The position numbers and the translations under genes were made by a program. Shown here piece after piece: positions 19,392-28,231 of a stretch of DNA of 64,000 bases. Origin of the DNA: Smithellaceae bacterium (GTDB lineage: Bacteria > Desulfobacterota > Syntrophia > Syntrophales > Smithellaceae). The notes under the pieces were generated by a model. That model was not told the DNA's origin and made no database searches. It saw nothing but the letters and a program-made list of their open reading frames with translations. Location of the stretch: positions 224,001 through 288,000 of the forward strand of contig CAXXVL010000002.1 in assembly GCA_963667845.2 (NCBI GenBank). Reading direction: 5' to 3'. Position 1 is the stretch's first letter; each line of letters starts with the position of its first letter.

Positions 19392-20286
19392 AGAAACAAA
19401 AATCCGCTTTCACGAAAATCCCGAACGCTTCATCGAAGAGGCAATCAAACGGTTTGTGCGTGAAAGCAGCGCCAACCGGCTCAAAAGCTTCGGGGACGCC
19501 CCCATCTTTGAAGAGCCGCTCATCGGCTTTGCCGCGGGCGATGATCCGCTTTTTGACGAATATAAAAAAGTCGTCCATGAAGAACATTTTATGCCGCGCG
19601 AAATCCTGACCAGGCACCTTCGGGAAACCCTGAAAAGCGAAGGCCCGCCGCCGGAAATCGCGAGCGTTATTTCTTTTGTGCTGCCCGCCAACCGCGAAAC
19701 CCTGCGCTCGAACGCCCTGGAAAAAGAAGGGCCGTCGCTGCGCTGGAACCATACCCGCTGGCTGGGGCAGGAGTTCATCGACGCACTCTCCAATCACCTG
19801 ACGGGCCTTATCGAATCGCTGGGCGTTCCCGCCATCGCGCCGGGCGTGTCGCCTTTTTTTAAAATCATGGCCGTGCCCGGCGGCTTTTCCTCCAACTGGT
19901 CGCAGCGGCATGCCGCGTATGCCGCCGGTCTGGGAACCTTCAGCCTGAATGAAGGCTTCATCACCGCCCGCGGCATGGCGATACGCCTGGGCAGCGTGGT
20001 CGCCGGTTTAAAACTCACACCATCCGTCAGACCCTATCAGCATTATCGCGCCAACTGTCTTTTTTACCGGGGAATTAAATGCGGCCGGTGCATCATTCGC
20101 TGCCCGGGCGGCGCCTTGAGCGAAAAGGGCCACGACAAACTCAAGTGCTTCAACATCCTCTATGAAAAGCAGGCGCCCTGGTTAAAAGGCGAGCACGGGC
20201 CGGGCTACATCGGCCAATACGCAGGCTGCGGCTTGTGCCAGACGGGCGTGCCCTGCCAGAGCCGCATTCCGGAAAAGTGTGAATGA
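19378..20286 (+). CDS. Epoxyqueuosine reductase (QueG)/reductive-dehalogenase-like Fe-S protein
   Basis: 'SQRHAAYAAGLGTF', 'CGRCIIRCP', 'CGLCQTGVPC'. Confidence 0.8.
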   Translation: MVMNKETKIRFHENPERFIEEAIKRFVRESSANRLKSFGDAPIFEEPLIGFAAGDDPLFDEYKKVVHEEHFMPREILTRHLRETLKSEGPPPEIASVISFVLPANRETLRSNALEKEGPSLRWNHTRWLGQEFIDALSNHLTGLIESLGVPAIAPGVSPFFKIMAVPGGFSSNWSQRHAAYAAGLGTFSLNEGFITARGMAIRLGSVVAGLKLTPSVRPYQHYRANCLFYRGIKCGRCIIRCPGGALSEKGHDKLKCFNILYEKQAPWLKGEHGPGYIGQYAGCGLCQTGVPCQSRIPEKCE

Positions 20287-20531
20287 TCGGGAGAGAAGCC
20301 GGGCGTGAAATAATGATGGACAATTATAGATGGGTGACGTAATTTTTGCGCGGCCCTCATCAACCTATTGTCTCCGGGCTGCCGGTGCAGGCGTTACGAC
20401 ATCGCAGCCAACCGGGGCGGACCCGGGGTATCCCAGAACAATCGACGGCAACACCTGGCTGGGGCTTAAGTGGTAGCTGAAAAGCTGAGCGGGCTTGATC
20501 GGGCCGGGTTCGCGAATCGCTGGAGTTTGAT

Positions 20532-22133
20532 ATGGCACACCGCATGAGCATCAAGGATTTGCTGCCGTGGTTGGCCGCCGCGGGTGGCGGCATTCTGGCA
20601 TTCCTCGGCTATGCCGGATTCGACCAGTTCTATCTGGAATGGATCTGTCTGGTCCCGATCCTGTGGGCGATTCGGAAACAAAGCCCGGTCCGGGCGTTTT
20701 TCATCGGCTGGGTCGCGGGCGTAACCGCACACGGCGGCGGATTCTACTGGGTCATTCACATGTTCCGGGAATTTGCAGGCATGCCCTGGCCCCCGGCGTT
20801 TTTAGGCCTGGCGCTGCTTGCCGCGGCCAACGGCGTTGTGTTTGCGGTCTGGGCCGGAGCAACACGGTTTGTCACGCGCGCCACCGGCTGGAGCGTGATC
20901 TGGGTGTCACCCGTTATCTGGACGGCGCTCGAAAAATTCTGGCCCGAGATTTTCCCCAATTACCTTGGCGCAAGCCAGTACACCTTCACGCTCTTGACGC
21001 AGATCGCCGATGTGACGGGTATTCTCGGCATCACTTTCCTGATTGTCTATGCCAATTCATTCATCTACGCCGTAATGGAGAGACGGCTTACGAAGCTGCC
21101 TTTCCCCCGGCTGCAGGCGGCCGTTTTTGCGGCTGTTATTCTGGCGGCGCTGACTTACGGGGTTGTTCGTATCCACAGCGTGGATCAGGAGGCGGCGGCA
21201 GCCCCGAAGCTAACGGTCGGTCTGGTGCAAACCAATCGGGGAGCAGGCGAGAAGCATATCGACCGCGAACGCTTCCTTCGTGAGCACCAGGAAATGTCCA
21301 GAGAACTCGTCTCTGTCCACAAACCCGACCTTCTGGTCTGGCCCGAAAATATCCTGATGGCCGACATCACGTCCCGCCGGGCCCAGTTGCCGCCCTCCGT
21401 ATTCGGCAACCTCCGGACACCCGTGCTGTTCGGCGCAATTCTGCGGATCGATCAAGGCGGTGAGAGCCGCATCTATAACAGTTCCGTCCTGGTCGACGGG
21501 TCGGGACAAATGCTCGGCTCGTACGATAAAATGGTGCTCGTCCCCTTCGGCGAATACATCCCTTTCGGAGACACGTTTCCCGTCCTGTATTCCTGGTCAC
21601 CGTATTCGAGCCGGTTCTGGAGAGGAGAGAACGTCGAACCGATCATGATGGGTCTGCATCCGATCTCGGTGAACATTTGCTACGAAGATATTTTTCCGGG
21701 GCAGATCCGCGAGCTGATGAAAGGCGGGCGCGATCGCCGCATCCCCGAGGCCATGTTCAACGTGACGGATGATTCCTGGTACGGCGATACGGTCGAACCC
21801 ACGGAACACCTGGCGCTCGCCGGCTTCCGGGCGATTGAGCACAGGCGGCCCCTGGTACGTTCCACAACAACCGGCATCTCCGCGATCATCGATCCGGTGG
21901 GCCGGCAGGTTATGCGCACCGGACAGTGGACGAAAGAAACGCTTGTCGGCTCGATTCCTCTGATGAAGGGACGCACGGCTTATGCGATTCTCGGAGACTG
22001 GATCGGCTGGCTGTGCGCTATTCTCGCCGCTTATGGCATCGCGAGGGGTTATCAGCTTACCCGGCGTCGCGTTAAAGAAAAGCCGGTGGATCCTTTAAAG
22101 ACGCGCGGCAGGCGTCCGCGCAAATCCCATTGA
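20532..22133 (+). CDS. lnt: Apolipoprotein N-acyltransferase
   Basis: Nitrilase triad motifs 'WPE', 'YDK..LVPFGEYIP', 'ICYE'; multiple TM helices. Confidence 0.95.
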   Translation: MAHRMSIKDLLPWLAAAGGGILAFLGYAGFDQFYLEWICLVPILWAIRKQSPVRAFFIGWVAGVTAHGGGFYWVIHMFREFAGMPWPPAFLGLALLAAANGVVFAVWAGATRFVTRATGWSVIWVSPVIWTALEKFWPEIFPNYLGASQYTFTLLTQIADVTGILGITFLIVYANSFIYAVMERRLTKLPFPRLQAAVFAAVILAALTYGVVRIHSVDQEAAAAPKLTVGLVQTNRGAGEKHIDRERFLREHQEMSRELVSVHKPDLLVWPENILMADITSRRAQLPPSVFGNLRTPVLFGAILRIDQGGESRIYNSSVLVDGSGQMLGSYDKMVLVPFGEYIPFGDTFPVLYSWSPYSSRFWRGENVEPIMMGLHPISVNICYEDIFPGQIRELMKGGRDRRIPEAMFNVTDDSWYGDTVEPTEHLALAGFRAIEHRRPLVRSTTTGISAIIDPVGRQVMRTGQWTKETLVGSIPLMKGRTAYAILGDWIGWLCAILAAYGIARGYQLTRRRVKEKPVDPLKTRGRRPRKSH

Positions 22134-22184
22134 TTTCCGGCCGACCCGTGCCGGCTCGCAGCCATTTCGGCTCGCAGCCCGTTA

Positions 22185-22213
22185 TTGACATCACATCCGC
22201 CTTCTCTTATACT
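22185..22213 (+). promoter_or_regulatory. sigma70-type promoter for the SDR gene
   Basis: TTGACA-N17-TATACT; preceded by a direct repeat CGGCTCGCAGCC x2 (22152-22179). Confidence 0.7.
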
Positions 22214-22339
22214 TCCGCACAAAACCAAGAAGGCGCTAACCGGAAATTGAACGCGGGAAAATCAGCTGATGAGAATATCCACGGGTCGCACGATCGAACT
22301 GTAAAGATATTGTCCCTCTCTTAGAGCAAAGGAGAAATT

Positions 22340-23098
22340 ATGGTCAGCTTTTCACTGAAAGACAAAGTGGCATTGATTACCGGGGCCAGCCGGGGCATCG
22401 GCAAGGCCATCGCCTTAACGCTCGCTGAATACGGAGCGCACTGCATTCTTGCCAGCCGCAAGATCGACGACCTCAAAACCGTCGAAAATAAAATCAAAGG
22501 AGCGGGAGGCAAGGCCGATTCGATTGCCTGCCACATGGGCGATCTCAAGCAGGTCGAATCCCTGATCTCCGGGATCGGCAACCGTTTCGGAAAATTGAAC
22601 ATCCTCGTCAACAACGCGGCAACGAATCCGCACTTCGGCGGCATGCTGACGGCGAGTGAGGGAATGTGGGATAAGACCCATGCAGTCAATCTTAAAGGCC
22701 CCTTTTTCCTGATCCAGAAAGCCACACCGCTCATCGAAGCCTCCGGCGGCGGTTCCATCGTCAATGTTGCCTCCGTCAACGGCGTCAAACCGGGGTTAAA
22801 CCGGGGCATCTATTCCATCAGCAAGGCCGGCATGATCCTCATGACCAAGGCCTATGCCGAGGAACTCGCCCCGAAAAAAATCCGGGTCAACGCCCTGCTG
22901 CCCGGCCTCACGAAAACGAAATTTGCCGGAGCCCTTTTTCAAGATGAAGCCATTTACAAGGAAGCGATTAAGAACATCCCCCTGGGACGGTCGGCAAAAC
23001 CCGAGGAGATGGCGGGGGCTGTCCTGTTTCTGGTATCCGAAGCATCGTCCTTTACGACGGGCGCCTGCCTCATCTGCGACGGGGGCCGTTTGATATAG
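22340..23098 (+). CDS. Short-chain dehydrogenase/reductase
   Basis: TGASRGIG, NNAA, YSISK. Confidence 0.95.
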   Translation: MVSFSLKDKVALITGASRGIGKAIALTLAEYGAHCILASRKIDDLKTVENKIKGAGGKADSIACHMGDLKQVESLISGIGNRFGKLNILVNNAATNPHFGGMLTASEGMWDKTHAVNLKGPFFLIQKATPLIEASGGGSIVNVASVNGVKPGLNRGIYSISKAGMILMTKAYAEELAPKKIRVNALLPGLTKTKFAGALFQDEAIYKEAIKNIPLGRSAKPEEMAGAVLFLVSEASSFTTGACLICDGGRLI

Positions 23099-23195
23099 AC
23101 CGGCGTTTCTCGAACGAGCCGGGTCGTTTGCAGCGCGCCGGCTGGGCCTGGTTCCTTCGAATAGGGCCCCGCCGGCAGCCTCTCTCGGAATAACC

Positions 23196-23222
23196 TTGAC
23201 ATAATAGAATTTATATTCCATT
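23196..23222 (+). promoter_or_regulatory. Promoter with TetR operator 1
   Basis: TTGACA followed by the palindrome AATAGAATTTATATTCCATT. Confidence 0.7.
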
Positions 23223-23230
23223 AATTTTTC

Positions 23231-23809
23231 ATGGGACGCAAAGCTCACTTTCAACACGAGGAGTTCCTCGACGCAGCCGTTGCGATCATCGCCAAGGACG
23301 GTCTCGGCGCGCTCACGATTGCAGCACTCGCCAAACGGGTCAACGCGCCTGTGGGCTCGGTTTACCATCGCTTCCCATCGCGCGACGCGCTTCTTGCAGA
23401 AGTCTGGCTCAACATCATCGAGGCCTTTCAGAGTGAATTTCTGGTGAAACTTCAGGAAGACGGACTTGAGGCCACCCTGTCCTGCCTGGAATGGGTTCGC
23501 CGTAATCCCAGCGAAGCGCGGATCATGCTGCTTTATCGCGTCTACGATCTCACGTCCGGCCAGTGGCCGCCGGATATGCAGAAACGCGCCCGGCGTTTAG
23601 CCAGGGAATTAAAGGAAGGTGTCCTTTCCTTCACCAAGAGACAATTCGGACAGGTCACTAAAGAGAATAAGGATCGCGCGATTTTTGCCATCTATGACGC
23701 CCCCATCGGCATCATCAGAAGATATCTGCGCGACAATAAAGTGCCGCCGGCATCCGTCAATGAACTGATCCGTGAAACCTATCTGGCTGTCGTCGAAAAA
23801 GCTAAATAA
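23231..23809 (+). CDS. TetR-family regulator
   Basis: HTH 'LTIAALAKRVNAPVGSVYHRFPSRDAL'. Confidence 0.95.
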   Translation: MGRKAHFQHEEFLDAAVAIIAKDGLGALTIAALAKRVNAPVGSVYHRFPSRDALLAEVWLNIIEAFQSEFLVKLQEDGLEATLSCLEWVRRNPSEARIMLLYRVYDLTSGQWPPDMQKRARRLARELKEGVLSFTKRQFGQVTKENKDRAIFAIYDAPIGIIRRYLRDNKVPPASVNELIRETYLAVVEKAK

Positions 23810-23926
23810 TCGGCGGATCAGCGCCGCCTGCTTCGTCCTGCCGCAATCGCCATCATTCAAATTCCCGCCGTTCGCCTTCCGGCTCGGGGCGCATCCCATT
23901 CATTCTCACATCAGGTCCAAATATCC

Positions 23927-23960
23927 TTGACACATTTTTTAATAGAATGTATATTCTAAT
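23927..23960 (+). promoter_or_regulatory. Promoter with TetR operator 2
   Basis: TTGACA followed by AATAGAATGTATATTCTAAT, near-identical to operator 1. Confidence 0.7.
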
Positions 23961-24038
23961 ATAAAAATTTTCATCAAGCCGTCTCGTTTCCGGCAAAAAA
24001 CGCACCTAAACATTGTATGCTTTCAAAGGAGGTGTTTT

Positions 24039-24530
24039 ATGGAAATCGGCAAGCATTGGGACGCGATCAGGTCCGTATTCGATGAAGCCTATAAGAGCTG
24101 CCTGCACTTCGCGGTGGCCACGGTCAATGAGGACGGTTCTCCGCACGTAACGCCCATCGGCGCACTGATCCTGCGCGACAACCAAACGGGTTTTTACTTT
24201 GAGGAAAATCCGGTGCGGCTGCCGCGCAATTTGATTTTCAATCCCCGCGTCTGCATCCTGGCGCAAAACGCTGATAAGCTATTCTGGGGCAACGCGCTCG
24301 TCAGCGGAAAATTCCCGACACCTCCGGCGGTGAGGCTCTCGGGGATTGCAGGTCAGCTGCGCCAGGCAACGCCTGCTGAAATAGCGCTCTGGCAGGAAAA
24401 AATTGCCTTAGCCAAAGGCACAAAGGGCTATCAGCTGTTATGGAGTTCCTTCTCTCATGTCCGCGATATTGCCTTTGATTCTTTCGAACCCGTCAGCGTG
24501 GGAGAAATGACAGGCGAACTTTGGAAATGA
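24039..24530 (+). CDS. Pyridoxamine 5'-phosphate oxidase-like FMN-binding protein
   Basis: 'VATVNEDGSPHVTPI', 'RNL..NPRVC'. Confidence 0.85.
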   Translation: MEIGKHWDAIRSVFDEAYKSCLHFAVATVNEDGSPHVTPIGALILRDNQTGFYFEENPVRLPRNLIFNPRVCILAQNADKLFWGNALVSGKFPTPPAVRLSGIAGQLRQATPAEIALWQEKIALAKGTKGYQLLWSSFSHVRDIAFDSFEPVSVGEMTGELWK

Positions 24531-24575
24531 TCAGTACAGGCATTGAAGGAATAACTGAAAAAAGGAGATCGGGAG

Positions 24576-25091
24576 ATGACAGTTAAGGCCATTTCGCTCA
24601 GTAAAGATGAAATAAAGGAACTGGTGAGTAAGAACTGGATGACCCACGATGCCATGTGGTTTTACCATTGCCTGCAGGAATTCGGCATCGAAAAGACAAA
24701 TCAGCTGAATAAGGCTGCTATCCGCGACATGTCGGCAATAGAAATCAAGCGGATTCACAAAGCCATGGGCGCGGCGCCGATCAGCACTTTTGATGAATTC
24801 AAACACTTCTTTGACGTCGCCATGGAAATCTCTACCGGCAAATTTATGAAATTTAAGTACAGCACGCCCGCCCACAATTTAATGCACGGCGAGTGGGAGT
24901 CTTGTTTCGCTTATGAGGGGATGAAGGCACTCGGCGTCGCCGACCGTTATGAATGCGGCGTCATGCTGAGGATCAACACCTGGCTGGATACGATGGGTAT
25001 CAGGTATGAAGTGGAGCCCACCGTGACAGGCTGCATGATGCATACCGAGGGCAGATGTTTCCGAGACTACAGATATGTCTTTGATAAATAA
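24576..25091 (+). CDS. DUF6125-like protein
   Basis: 'KNWMTHDAMWF' N-terminus and spaced conserved Cys. Confidence 0.7.
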   Translation: MTVKAISLSKDEIKELVSKNWMTHDAMWFYHCLQEFGIEKTNQLNKAAIRDMSAIEIKRIHKAMGAAPISTFDEFKHFFDVAMEISTGKFMKFKYSTPAHNLMHGEWESCFAYEGMKALGVADRYECGVMLRINTWLDTMGIRYEVEPTVTGCMMHTEGRCFRDYRYVFDK

Positions 25092-25128
25092 TTGAATGAA
25101 TGGGCAAGGACCATAAAAGGAGGTGTCT

Positions 25129-25545
25129 ATGGAGAATTCAAAATTCAGTCGTGAGCATTATGTTGCCTTCGCTGACGCCTGGCTTAAGGCCTGGAGCAAA
25201 GCCGATGCCCAGCTCGTTGCATCGCTTTACTGCGATGATCTCGATTATCGCGACCCATCCGTTCCCCTGGGAATCAAAAGGAAAGCCGACTTCATTCAAT
25301 ACCTGGAAGTGCTGTTTAGGGCATGGCCGTCTCAGCAGTGGAAACTGGAGCATCTCTATCCGCACGAGGATAAAGGCGCTTTTTCAGCCCAATATTCGTT
25401 TCAGATTGCCAATGGCAAGGCAACTATCCGCGGCCGGGGAATGGATCTTATGGTATTGAACCAGGACAAAATATGCATCAATCACGTTTACCTGAACGCG
25501 GATCAATGGAATAGCTGGATTGCCGCCGATTCAAAAAGAAAATAG
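25129..25545 (+). CDS. SnoaL/NTF2-like protein
   Basis: AGGAGG RBS; 'W..AW...D....SLY.DD..Y.DP'. Confidence 0.85.
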   Translation: MENSKFSREHYVAFADAWLKAWSKADAQLVASLYCDDLDYRDPSVPLGIKRKADFIQYLEVLFRAWPSQQWKLEHLYPHEDKGAFSAQYSFQIANGKATIRGRGMDLMVLNQDKICINHVYLNADQWNSWIAADSKRK

Positions 25546-25645
25546 CCATTCCGGGAATAGACCTGCGAAAATCTCCAGGCCGCGCGCCCGGGTCCTCCCC
25601 AAGATGATGCTTTAATTTTTAGCCGGCATTATGTATAACACGGGC

Positions 25646-26509
25646 ATGGAAGAAAGCGTCTATAAAGGAGTCTTGACGGTTTCCGGGAAAGCGGCCTTCC
25701 TCGCGGCGGCCGACGGCGCCCGCCATCTGGAAGGCGAAAAGATCTGGAGCGGATACAAGCGGCACTGGACCGGACTTCCGGTATCCGCCCGCCGGCTTCC
25801 CCAGAAGGATTACGAAACCGGCCGGCCGATCATCATTATGTGGCCGGATGCACCCGCCGTGCCGGAGCCGTTCGTCGATCTTTATTTCAATGAGCGCCTG
25901 GTAAAGTATCCCGCCTCTTTTCTGGGCCATATGGCAGTGAACGTGAATGGCGACATCTTCAACTTCTCCCACAAAATCAATGAAAATGAAGTCATCAGCC
26001 GCGAAGAGTACTTCTACCGGCCGGCGCTGGGGGAATTTGCTCCTCACCCGGAAACCTGCCGGGATAACATCGATGATCCCGAGAGGCCTTACTACGACAA
26101 GTTCGGCAGGCTTTTTATGAGGACAGTCCATGTTCTTCGCCTTACCGGACTCGACACGGCGACCTTATCGCGTTTCTTTTATCGTGAACTTGACGTGATC
26201 AGAAATACGCCGCCCGATCCGAAACGGCCCGGAGAGTATGTTGATTTCAGCGCACTCACCCGCAACTGCGCCACGATCATCCGCGACGGATTCAGAAAGC
26301 TGGGATTCGATAAAATCCGCGGCATCCTGCCCCGAGATCTTTTTGTCAATGTGACCTATCATTTTCTAAAGCAGTCGGAGAATCCTTCGATCAAAGTTTC
26401 CTGTCAGACGTATCAACAACTGCGCGTCGAGGAAGCAATGCCAAGCGCTATGCCGCCGCTGATCAATCCCGTCAATCGCTGGAAGAACCGAATTTTGAGC
26501 AAATCATAA
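25646..26509 (+). CDS. Hypothetical protein, possibly a permuted papain-like (NlpC/P60-type) enzyme
   Basis: Long ORF with 'GHMAV' followed by 'F..LTRNCAT'. Confidence 0.65.
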   Translation: MEESVYKGVLTVSGKAAFLAAADGARHLEGEKIWSGYKRHWTGLPVSARRLPQKDYETGRPIIIMWPDAPAVPEPFVDLYFNERLVKYPASFLGHMAVNVNGDIFNFSHKINENEVISREEYFYRPALGEFAPHPETCRDNIDDPERPYYDKFGRLFMRTVHVLRLTGLDTATLSRFFYRELDVIRNTPPDPKRPGEYVDFSALTRNCATIIRDGFRKLGFDKIRGILPRDLFVNVTYHFLKQSENPSIKVSCQTYQQLRVEEAMPSAMPPLINPVNRWKNRILSKS

Positions 26510-26672
26510 GCGGGCAGGCAGGCTAAATGAAGCAATCGGCATGAAGAATAGCCGAGGGAAAATTCAGCGAGTCGTTATATAATGGAAAGCGCCGGCAATG
26601 CCTGAAAAGGCCGGAACGGCATTTGCGGGGATAGAACAAAATACCTTTATCGTCATAGCAAAGGAGGCAAAC

Positions 26673-27455
26673 ATGCTTTACAGAAAAGTGGCACTTCTTT
26701 TCGTCATCCTGATCCTTATCGCGGGCTGCGGCGGCGTCCGGCAGGGCTCGGCCGTGAAAACCGATGAGCCTCAAACCCCGGCTGCCAAGCCGCAAACTTA
26801 TGAAATCAAGAACTCCGAACAGATGCTCGTCATCTTTACGGCGCCTCCGGCCGTCGTGAAAAATCTGGCTCCCGCGCCCCTGGTCGCAAGCCCCTATAAC
26901 CTCATGGTGGTCTACGTCTCGCGCACCCCTGTGGACAATGGTTTTACTCACGACATGTCACTGGGAGTGATCACCATGTATAAAGGCAAAATGTATATGT
27001 ACCCGGTCTATCGCGTGGTGGACAATAAAGCGACAAGCGAACTGGGGCGCATGATTACAGGTTCGCCGACCAGGATCGCACGCATCACCCTGGAGAAAAA
27101 AGATAAAACCATCACGGCTGCTGTTGAACGGGAAGGCAAAATTCTCTTTAAAGCGACCATGGCGCTGGGTGAACCGGGAGAACCGATCGACAGTTCCCCC
27201 GTGGTCAATCTGAAAATGGTCCCGGGAGCACAAAAGGACGCGCCGCCTGAACTCAAGCAGCTCGTCATCGGGAAAATTGAACCCGTCACAGTCCATGAGC
27301 TGATTGACGGGCAGTCTATCATGGAATTTGATCAATCTCTGACGGATAATTTTCCCAAAGTATCCGTCAAGCAGGTTTATCGGAGCGTCTACCGGAGGGC
27401 AGATTACAAGCTGACCGACCTGGGTGTTCTTTACGACTACCTGAAAGCGAACTGA
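26673..27455 (+). CDS. Lipoprotein with acetoacetate decarboxylase-like fold
   Basis: AAGGAGG RBS; lipobox IAGC; 'LGR.I.G.P' and 'VNLK.VP' ADC-family segments. Confidence 0.7.
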   Translation: MLYRKVALLFVILILIAGCGGVRQGSAVKTDEPQTPAAKPQTYEIKNSEQMLVIFTAPPAVVKNLAPAPLVASPYNLMVVYVSRTPVDNGFTHDMSLGVITMYKGKMYMYPVYRVVDNKATSELGRMITGSPTRIARITLEKKDKTITAAVEREGKILFKATMALGEPGEPIDSSPVVNLKMVPGAQKDAPPELKQLVIGKIEPVTVHELIDGQSIMEFDQSLTDNFPKVSVKQVYRSVYRRADYKLTDLGVLYDYLKAN

Positions 27456-27475
27456 AGAAGAATCGAGGTGCACCC

Positions 27476-28177
27476 GTGGCCGAGAAAAACGCAAAGCATG
27501 ATGGAAAGCTCTCGAGGCGCACGTTCCTGAAAATTTCGGGCACGGCAGCCGCGGGCTTAAGTGTGGGCGGTATTCTATCGAACATCATCTGGCTCGATGA
27601 TGCGGTGGCCGCCATCCCCGCTTCCGAAGGTTATCTGCTGGTAGACGCCAAGAAGTGCCAGGGATGCGTCTCTTGCATGCTGGCCTGTTCCCTGGTGCAT
27701 GAAGGCGTGGAAAATCTATCGCTGGCCAGAATCCAGATCACGCAAAACTCTTTTGAGAAATGGCCCGATGATCTCGCTATCGAAACCTGCCGGCAGTGCG
27801 TAAAACCCGCGTGCATTGAAGCCTGCCCCACCAAAGCGTTGCACGCCGATGCCCGGGCAGGCCATGTTCGGACGGTCACGAAGGCGAAATGTATCGGCTG
27901 CCAGTCCTGCATCAAGGCCTGCCCTTATCGGCCGGCCAGTGCGCTGTGGAACCCGGCCGAAAGGCATGCGCAGAAATGCGATCTGTGCGCCGATGCCCCT
28001 TATCACTGGGACAAGCTAGGTGGTGGACCGAAAGGGAAACAGGCCTGCGTGGAAGTCTGCCCGGTAGCGGCCATTAAATTCACGGCTGAAATTCCGGAGC
28101 AAAAAGGAGACAAAGGGTACAAGGTCAACCTCCGCGGCCCGGCCTGGAAAAAACTGAAGTATCCGGTATCCGATTAG
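27476..28177 (+). CDS. Tat-exported 4x[4Fe-4S] electron transfer subunit
   Basis: SRRTFLK twin-arginine signal; DmsB/HybA-type Cys motifs. Confidence 0.9.
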   Translation: MAEKNAKHDGKLSRRTFLKISGTAAAGLSVGGILSNIIWLDDAVAAIPASEGYLLVDAKKCQGCVSCMLACSLVHEGVENLSLARIQITQNSFEKWPDDLAIETCRQCVKPACIEACPTKALHADARAGHVRTVTKAKCIGCQSCIKACPYRPASALWNPAERHAQKCDLCADAPYHWDKLGGGPKGKQACVEVCPVAAIKFTAEIPEQKGDKGYKVNLRGPAWKKLKYPVSD

Positions 28178-28231
28178 ACGAGGCCGGCCAATACGAAAAT
28201 TGAGTAAGCCATCTTTTGAAAGGTGCATTCC

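Noticed and set aside
20372..20452. Guanidine-III (ykkC-III) riboswitch-like fragments (CCGG...CCCGG...ACAA..GACGGC)
   Set aside because: The conserved ACGAGG segment is absent and the downstream gene (lnt) does not fit; kept only as a generic structured-RNA candidate.
22225..22290. GCTGATGA suggesting a fluoride riboswitch or hammerhead ribozyme
   Set aside because: No GGCGATGG 5' element or pseudoknot partner, and no properly flanked hammerhead stems.
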